Virus record (IMG/VR): IMGVR_UViG_3300009594_000003
Span: 21,652 to 85,651 of that record
From: a virus
Length of the DNA stretch: 64,000 nucleotides
Strand: one strand, 5' to 3'
Below the pieces are notes generated by a model. It had not been told where the DNA came from. It saw nothing but the letters and a program-made list of their open reading frames with translations, and made no database searches. Positions 58,396 through 64,000 of the stretch are shown here, in pieces; position 1 is the first letter of the stretch, and the number at the start of each line of letters is the position of its first letter. Position numbers and translations under genes: made by a program.

Positions 58396-58433
58396 GGAGG
58401 CGTGTCCTGTAACCCCGATGTCGAAGGCCAGAA

Positions 58434-58745
58434 ATGGAAGCCACTCACACCTACAAAGAGCGACCGTGCTTCATCAAAGAGTCAAAGAACGAACTCAAGA
58501 CCATCCGGCCAGGAGAAACGTACTGGAAGCCCATCTACATTATCCGCTACACCGATAACCTCGAACCCAAGGAGGAGAAGGTGTCGAAGAAGCACTTCGA
58601 CAATGAAGTCTTCACGAAGAGCGTCGAGATGAACAAGTCGCAGGCGTTACTCAACCGTCTACGCCGGGCTGGTCGAAAAAGAATGCGTCGTGCTTCTTCA
58701 GAAGAACCTCCAAAGGAAGAACCACCCACTCCCGATACCGCATGA
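58434..58745 (+). CDS. hypothetical protein
   Basis: downstream of promoter; overlaps convergent gene. Confidence 0.45.
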   Translation: MEATHTYKERPCFIKESKNELKTIRPGETYWKPIYIIRYTDNLEPKEEKVSKKHFDNEVFTKSVEMNKSQALLNRLRRAGRKRMRRASSEEPPKEEPPTPDTA

Positions 58746-59244
58746 AATACGGGTAGTCAGCCTCCGTAACTGCCAACGGCAAATCCTCGCCTTTGATAAT
58801 CGCTAGATGAGACTTACGGTCCTTCTTCCAGACCACCATTGGCTTACGAGACGACCTCTCGGCGTCATCACTCACTTGTTTCAAGAAGCTGTTTATGGTG
58901 GTGTCGCCATCCTCAAAGGCACCACACAAATCCACGTCATTATAGCCGCCCTTTGACTCTATCACGAACTTGAAGCTCGTGGGACAAGTCAAATCGCCAG
59001 TGAAAGTATCCTTGGCGTGTTTAGGCAGGTGTACGCCCTGGCCCCAGCGGTTGCCGGAACCTACAGAGCGTGAGAACAGGCCCCACTCAGGGTGCTTGGC
59101 TAACAGATCGGCGAAACGACTATTCAACAACTTGACCAGCCCAAGCTCAGTACGGTTGCCTTTCTTCTTGGACTTCAGCTTCTTCTTTCGCTTGTCTCGT
59201 TTCTCGAAATCTTCTACTATATCATCTACTTCAAAGTCTTCCAT
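58651..59244 (-). CDS. Holliday-junction-resolvase-like PD-(D/E)XK nuclease
   Basis: SKKKGNRTE, RS.GSG, GDL, IESK. Confidence 0.75.
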   Translation of the reverse strand: MEDFEVDDIVEDFEKRDKRKKKLKSKKKGNRTELGLVKLLNSRFADLLAKHPEWGLFSRSVGSGNRWGQGVHLPKHAKDTFTGDLTCPTSFKFVIESKGGYNDVDLCGAFEDGDTTINSFLKQVSDDAERSSRKPMVVWKKDRKSHLAIIKGEDLPLAVTEADYPYFMRYREWVVLPLEVLLKKHDAFFFDQPGVDG

Positions 59245-60431
59245 TATCTGCCTTCGAGGATGCTAAATGTGCCCATTAGATCACTCTTTGTTTGCTCCAA
59301 AGAGCAAACTAGTTCTTCAAAATCCTTTCCAGACATCGAGCCTTCTCGAACCTGATTCGATACCACTATGTCAAGATTCGACAACAACTGACGCATGTTC
59401 TGCATCAACATCTCGAAGTTCTCCTGGCAGGCTGCTATCGTGTTCTCTTCTTCGTAATTCACTTCCTGGCTGGGCCGAGTAGCTCTTAAGTGATCTAGCT
59501 CATCCTTGTCATTCAGCGAGGTAATAACCTCAATTGTTTTCCGTCGTTCTTTGACCTCGTTGCGGTCGTCTTCTGAATGTTCCCAGGTTACGCTTGAATC
59601 GCTAGTTTCGATCTCGAACTTCTGCACGTTCTCATCGATGACGATGGGAAACTTGGGAGATATATCCATCATCCATATCTCATTCTCTGGAAGTTCGATG
59701 AGCTTGATCTTCTGGTTGAATATGTTGCGAATGTTGAGCTTGTAAACAGAACGATACCATATGTCGGGGGTCGAAACAAAGAATATCTGCCCCAACTCCT
59801 GCCTCATGTCGGCAAACCACAAGGGGCGATGAGCGTTGCGGAAGAACCAAATTCGCCGATGCCCGGCATCTAGTATCTCGCCGATAGCCACAGCCATCGA
59901 CCCGTCGATGTAAGACCACACATCTTTCAGTCCAAACAACCTGGAAGCTATTGCCCGATCAACACCGGGAAACGTGGCCTCTACCTCTTCCTTTATATGA
60001 TCCTCGCCAGCCTCAAATATCCTTAGAATGACCTCCGAATCGCACTCCGAAGTCACCTGGAACTTCTTGGTTAGACACTCATACTGGCCCTGTGGGACTT
60101 TGCCATTGTGAACCATGCCCACACGGTAGTCGGTAGATGTAAATGGATGATTGTTTTTGTTGATCTGCGGCGGTCCTTGTGAAGCTCCCCTGGCGTGTGT
60201 AAGCAATATGTTAGGCTTGAACTCCTTGAGCTTACGCCACTCTTGCGAATGCACCATCTGCGAGGAGCGAATCGGTTGCTTCTGATAGATCACCCGTTGG
60301 TCTTCACCGCTACCCCAGAAACCGGCAGCATCACGGCCCCTAGACTCTAGCTCCTCGAAGACCTTAGACATGATCTTGTAAGAAGTGTCAGGGTTTGTAC
60401 TTGTGCCTATGTAGCCAGCGATTCCACACAT
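59244..60431 (-). CDS. class II glutamine amidotransferase
   Basis: MCGIAG, RGRDAAG, HAR, NNHPF, HNG, CDSE. Confidence 0.9.
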   Translation of the reverse strand: MCGIAGYIGTSTNPDTSYKIMSKVFEELESRGRDAAGFWGSGEDQRVIYQKQPIRSSQMVHSQEWRKLKEFKPNILLTHARGASQGPPQINKNNHPFTSTDYRVGMVHNGKVPQGQYECLTKKFQVTSECDSEVILRIFEAGEDHIKEEVEATFPGVDRAIASRLFGLKDVWSYIDGSMAVAIGEILDAGHRRIWFFRNAHRPLWFADMRQELGQIFFVSTPDIWYRSVYKLNIRNIFNQKIKLIELPENEIWMMDISPKFPIVIDENVQKFEIETSDSSVTWEHSEDDRNEVKERRKTIEVITSLNDKDELDHLRATRPSQEVNYEEENTIAACQENFEMLMQNMRQLLSNLDIVVSNQVREGSMSGKDFEELVCSLEQTKSDLMGTFSILEGR

Positions 60432-60522
60432 GTTGTCCTCTTGTTACTATTATAGTGTATTCTAGCAGATTTGGATTGATCGAGCAACCTGTGTATTTAT
60501 GGCGTTTTTACTAGATACTTCC

Positions 60523-61065
60523 ATGATAAGACTAGATTTCGAGGAATACCTGTTCACCGAGAACAGAAACTACCTGGGCGAGAAGGTGGGAGACATCTTG
60601 ACATCCCTACAAGACCTTTCCCAGAACGGAAAGGCAATGGGTCAACGGCAAATGATGCGTCGTATGGAGGGAACTAGCGATCAGATTCGTAAGATTCTCC
60701 ACTCACGATGGCAGAAATCAAACGAGAAGTACCTACCTGTGCTTCAGAAAGTCGGGACTGCCCTGATGAATGTAGTTGACGGCGAAAGCCAATTCGAGCC
60801 GCTAGATGTGGTAAACGGGTCCATCTCGGAGCTAGAAGGCTTGCTTGGTAGAATGAAAGTACCAGTCAATACCCTTGCATCCGCCGAGCCGACGCCAGAA
60901 GAACCGCCAACCACCGCACCGCCAGAAGGCCAGCAAGATCAGGCCCAACAACCACAGCCCAATCCAAACACACAGCAACAACCACCGGCCCCCGATCCAA
61001 ATACTGCACCGCCAAACCCGAATGCGGCACCAGGACAACCGCCGTCCCAACCAGCACCAGCATAA
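60523..61065 (+). CDS. hypothetical protein with Pro/Gln-rich tail
   Basis: LDFEEYLFTE leader; TAGATA upstream. Confidence 0.65.
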   Translation: MIRLDFEEYLFTENRNYLGEKVGDILTSLQDLSQNGKAMGQRQMMRRMEGTSDQIRKILHSRWQKSNEKYLPVLQKVGTALMNVVDGESQFEPLDVVNGSISELEGLLGRMKVPVNTLASAEPTPEEPPTTAPPEGQQDQAQQPQPNPNTQQQPPAPDPNTAPPNPNAAPGQPPSQPAPA

Positions 61066-61069
61066 ACAA

Positions 61070-61095
61070 GACGGCCCGCCTTCGGCGGGCCGTCT
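61070..61095. terminator. hairpin between convergent genes
   Basis: GACGGCCCGCC-TTCG-GCGGGCCGTC. Confidence 0.7.
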
Positions 61096-61671
61096 ATGCA
61101 ACCTTGTATAGATACTCTCGTATGCCTGCCTCGCAGGGCTTGATCGAATACAAGTCCATCGCCGCATAGAGGACGTGCTTTCTCTTCCTGCCGAATGCCT
61201 CAACAACGGCCTCCATCGTGACGCAATCAGCGGGGAGACTGAACATGATGCTCTGTAGACGGGCTATCCAGCGGTCCCTGCGTGCGAGGTAGTCCCTGGT
61301 AGCATCGCACTTGATGTTGTGTGCGACCATCTCTTTTGCTACACGTCGCCGATGGAACCAAACACGCTTATCGATCTCACGCTGTTGCTCCTTCGTGAGA
61401 GTGGCGTTGTTGTCGGCGTCGGGCTTCTTTGGTGCCGGTTCCCGCAACCGGTGCTTGATTGGCTCATCGATTTCGCTCTCGTAGCCAAACCGCCCGATTG
61501 TGTACGTGCCTTGACTGGCTACATAAGCTTTGGCTTGTGCAAAGCTGATCTGGCCGAACACCACCTTGAACGTGCCAATCGCTGGCCTATACAACAAGCT
61601 GCCAGGTAGACATCACCCTTCGTACCGATCCACCTGCATTGCTGCTCGATCTTCTCTATAATAACGCTCAT
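61094..61671 (-). pseudogene. hypothetical gene, probably frameshifted near 61600
   Basis: AGGAGGAG RBS + ATG at 61671 is out of frame with the main ORF 61094..61597. Confidence 0.45.
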
Positions 61672-61726
61672 GTTCCTCTCCTCCTTGAGAAGAAACCCAG
61701 ATATCACTTTGAGCATTGTAACATTT

Positions 61727-63340
61727 TCAACAACTCTGGCAATTCTTTTTGGCAGCAGCAATTAGACCCTTGAAAAGAGGCGACGGCTGCAAGAGACGAC
61801 TGCGAAATTCAGGATGTGACTGTGTACCAATGAAGTAAGGGTGGGCATCCTGCCCCATCTCCATGATCTCAATCAACCCCGTCTGCGGATTGACACCTGT
61901 AGTTTTGAACCCTTTGGCTTCCAGCGTCTCCTGATATTCAGGATTTACCTCGTAGCGGTGACGATGCCGCTCCCTAGCCATCTTGCCTTCATATAGCTCA
62001 TGAGCCTGAGACCCCTTTGACAACTCGCAATCATAGCCACCAAGCCGCATGGTCCCACAGAGCTTGACTAGGTTCTCCTGACCTTCAATGTGATGCACGA
62101 CCGGATGCTTCGTGGTCTTATTGAATTCCGTACTGTTGGCGTCTTCTAGATTACAGACGTTGCGGGCGTACTCGATCACGGCACACTGGAGGCCCAAGCA
62201 GATTCCTAAAAACGGAATCTTGTTTTCTCGAACGTACTTGATTGCCCTGATCTTGCCCTCGATCCCACGAGAATCGAAACCGCCAGGAATGATGACGCCA
62301 TGCAGCCCCTCGAAAAACTTGGCGAGATGCTTGGAGGTTTCTACCTCTTGAGCCTTGACCCAGCGTATCTCGACCTTCACGCCATTGGCAATACCTGCAT
62401 GGTAGAGGGCTTCTTTCAGAGAGATATAGGCTTCGTCGCAGTTGTCGTACTTGCCGAAGATACCGATGTTGACCAGCAGCATTTCGCCGCTCATGTACGC
62501 CTCGACTAGCTCACGGTACTTCTTGATGCGGCAGCCGGTCCTCTTCAGCCTGAGTTTATCGGAAATGATGTCATCGACCTGTCGGTTGTAGAACTCAATC
62601 GGTACTTGGTAAACTGATTTCACGTCGGGGGCGTCGAAAACGAGCGAGCGAGGGACATAGGTGAGATCAGATACCTTCTGTAAAATTTTCTCTGGAACTT
62701 CCCGCTCGACACGGCAGAAGAGTAGATCGGGCACGACGCCGTAGGATTGTAGATCGATGACACTGCGTTGGAGGGGCTTGGTCTTCCATTCCTTGATGGT
62801 AGGCACCCAGAGGATCGGGGCGACCATGACTATCATGCAGTCGGCACCGTGCTTCACCTTGAACTGCGTCACGGCTTTGTAAAAAGCAGAACTTTCAATA
62901 TCGCCGACCGTGCCACCTATCTCGGCAATGACGACATCGGCCTTCTTCCCCAGATGTTCTAGACGCTCGATGATCTTGTTTGTAACGTGAGGGATGACCT
63001 GGATGGTCTGGCCTAGGTACTTGCCTTTCTCCTGCTCCTCATTGATTTCCTTGTTGATGATGCCTTGGGTTACGATATTATCCTTGCTTACTTGAATGTC
63101 GGCAATGCGTTCATAATGACCTAGATCGAGGTCACATTCAGTCCCGTCGTCGCAAAGGAAACATTCGCCGTGCTGAGAGGGAGCTAGAATTCCGGCGTTG
63201 ATGTTGAGATAGGGATCGAGCTTAATGATCTCGACGTTGAATCCACGAAGCCTGAGCAGAAGACCTATCGAGGCGGCAGTAACGCCTTTACCTGTTCCAG
63301 AAATGACGCCGCCCGCCACGATTATGTACTTGCTTGACAT
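61727..63340 (-). CDS. pyrG: CTP synthase
   Basis: GGVISGTGKG, KLDPYLN, DLDLGHYER, KTKP.Q, GICLG, RHRHRYE, HPEF. Confidence 0.97.
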   Translation of the reverse strand: MSSKYIIVAGGVISGTGKGVTAASIGLLLRLRGFNVEIIKLDPYLNINAGILAPSQHGECFLCDDGTECDLDLGHYERIADIQVSKDNIVTQGIINKEINEEQEKGKYLGQTIQVIPHVTNKIIERLEHLGKKADVVIAEIGGTVGDIESSAFYKAVTQFKVKHGADCMIVMVAPILWVPTIKEWKTKPLQRSVIDLQSYGVVPDLLFCRVEREVPEKILQKVSDLTYVPRSLVFDAPDVKSVYQVPIEFYNRQVDDIISDKLRLKRTGCRIKKYRELVEAYMSGEMLLVNIGIFGKYDNCDEAYISLKEALYHAGIANGVKVEIRWVKAQEVETSKHLAKFFEGLHGVIIPGGFDSRGIEGKIRAIKYVRENKIPFLGICLGLQCAVIEYARNVCNLEDANSTEFNKTTKHPVVHHIEGQENLVKLCGTMRLGGYDCELSKGSQAHELYEGKMARERHRHRYEVNPEYQETLEAKGFKTTGVNPQTGLIEIMEMGQDAHPYFIGTQSHPEFRSRLLQPSPLFKGLIAAAKKNCQSC

Positions 63341-63907
63341 TTAGCCCCCTTGATGATTAGCAACCTTATGACACCATTCTATGAAAGTAGCCTGGGCTAA
63401 GGATTGCTTCATCAGGTTCAGGTCTTTATGAATCCACTGCACATTCGATAACACATATCCCTCCGTGCTGTCAATGCGATCCAAAGAGGCTGTTGGGTTT
63501 GCCCGCTCAAATGACAAATCTATTCCAGACAAGGCACACTTTCGTCCTTGCTTCAGGAATAGATTCCAAGCCTGCTTGATTGTCAAAGAGAAAGCTATGT
63601 TTTTTCTTCTGGCATATCCCTGCGTTCCGGCTTTTGCCTTGGCCTGGATATCAGCCCATCTTTCGCCACTAATCTCGCCATATCCGGTCCATTTAGGGTT
63701 CTTAGAGCCGATTCTTTTTCTCAGGCAACCACATGATCGGCATCGACCCTCTGAGACACTAGAGCCTAATACTTCCACCTGTCTGCCGCATTTGCATTTA
63801 GCTAGGTAGAATCAACGCATTTTCCCAGAAACAGAACGAGAGCCAGTGTACCTGAGTATCTTTAACTTGTCAAAGATTTTACCAGATAAGTCATTAGCTT
63901 TCGGCAT
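63341..63907 (-). pseudogene. HNH endonuclease with in-frame TGA
   Basis: MPKANDLSGK...GKMR*FYLAKCKCG...SLDRIDSTEGY..NVQW.HK..N.MK. Confidence 0.7.
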
Positions 63908-64000
63908 GTCTACACCACTGATAGACAGCCATTTTGCAAAGCATCCGAAATGGAGCGGAGTACCTCGTTGGCATCATATTCGTTGTCTCGGCACACATCC

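Noticed and set aside
1-64000. Genome-wide TAG reassignment
   Set aside because: Many intact genes end in TAG followed by a terminator or the next gene (11381, 13481, 26694, 47393). Most TAG-broken genes also have frameshifts or lost starts, and long core genes have no internal TAG.
1-64000. tRNA or rRNA genes
   Set aside because: No cloverleaf or rRNA-like segment recognised by eye; tRNAscan-SE would be needed to exclude them.

Overview
This 64 kb window looks like part of a large (jumbo) T4-superfamily-like myovirus genome. The structural module at about 30-58 kb has gp13/gp14-like neck proteins, a gp15-like tail terminator, tail sheath, three tandem plus two divergent tail-tube-fold genes, a gp26/gp51-like pair and a gp55-like late sigma factor. 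Accessory enzymes include a COOH-NH2 ligase, class II GATase, PyrG, GlpX, RmlA- and HldD-like sugar enzymes, an RNA ligase, CoaD, a 2OG oxygenase and an M14 peptidase. The most striking locus is a ~9.5 kb operon-like cluster (17.6-27.2 kb). It interleaves the four Preiss-Handler NAD+ salvage genes (pncA, pncB, nadE and a disrupted nadD) with a vWA/PP2C/Ser-Thr kinase (TerY-P-like) triad, and could be a regulated phage NAD+ reconstitution system. Other notable signals: a recombinase-only element inserted at a CC dinucleotide in a family-4 UDG gene; a predicted -1 frameshift joining the gp26- and gp51-like genes; a recurring T4-like capsid-targeting N-terminal leader; two recurring promoter classes; and decay of accessory genes, often by TGG->TAG. 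All calls come from manual motif reading and no database searches were run.
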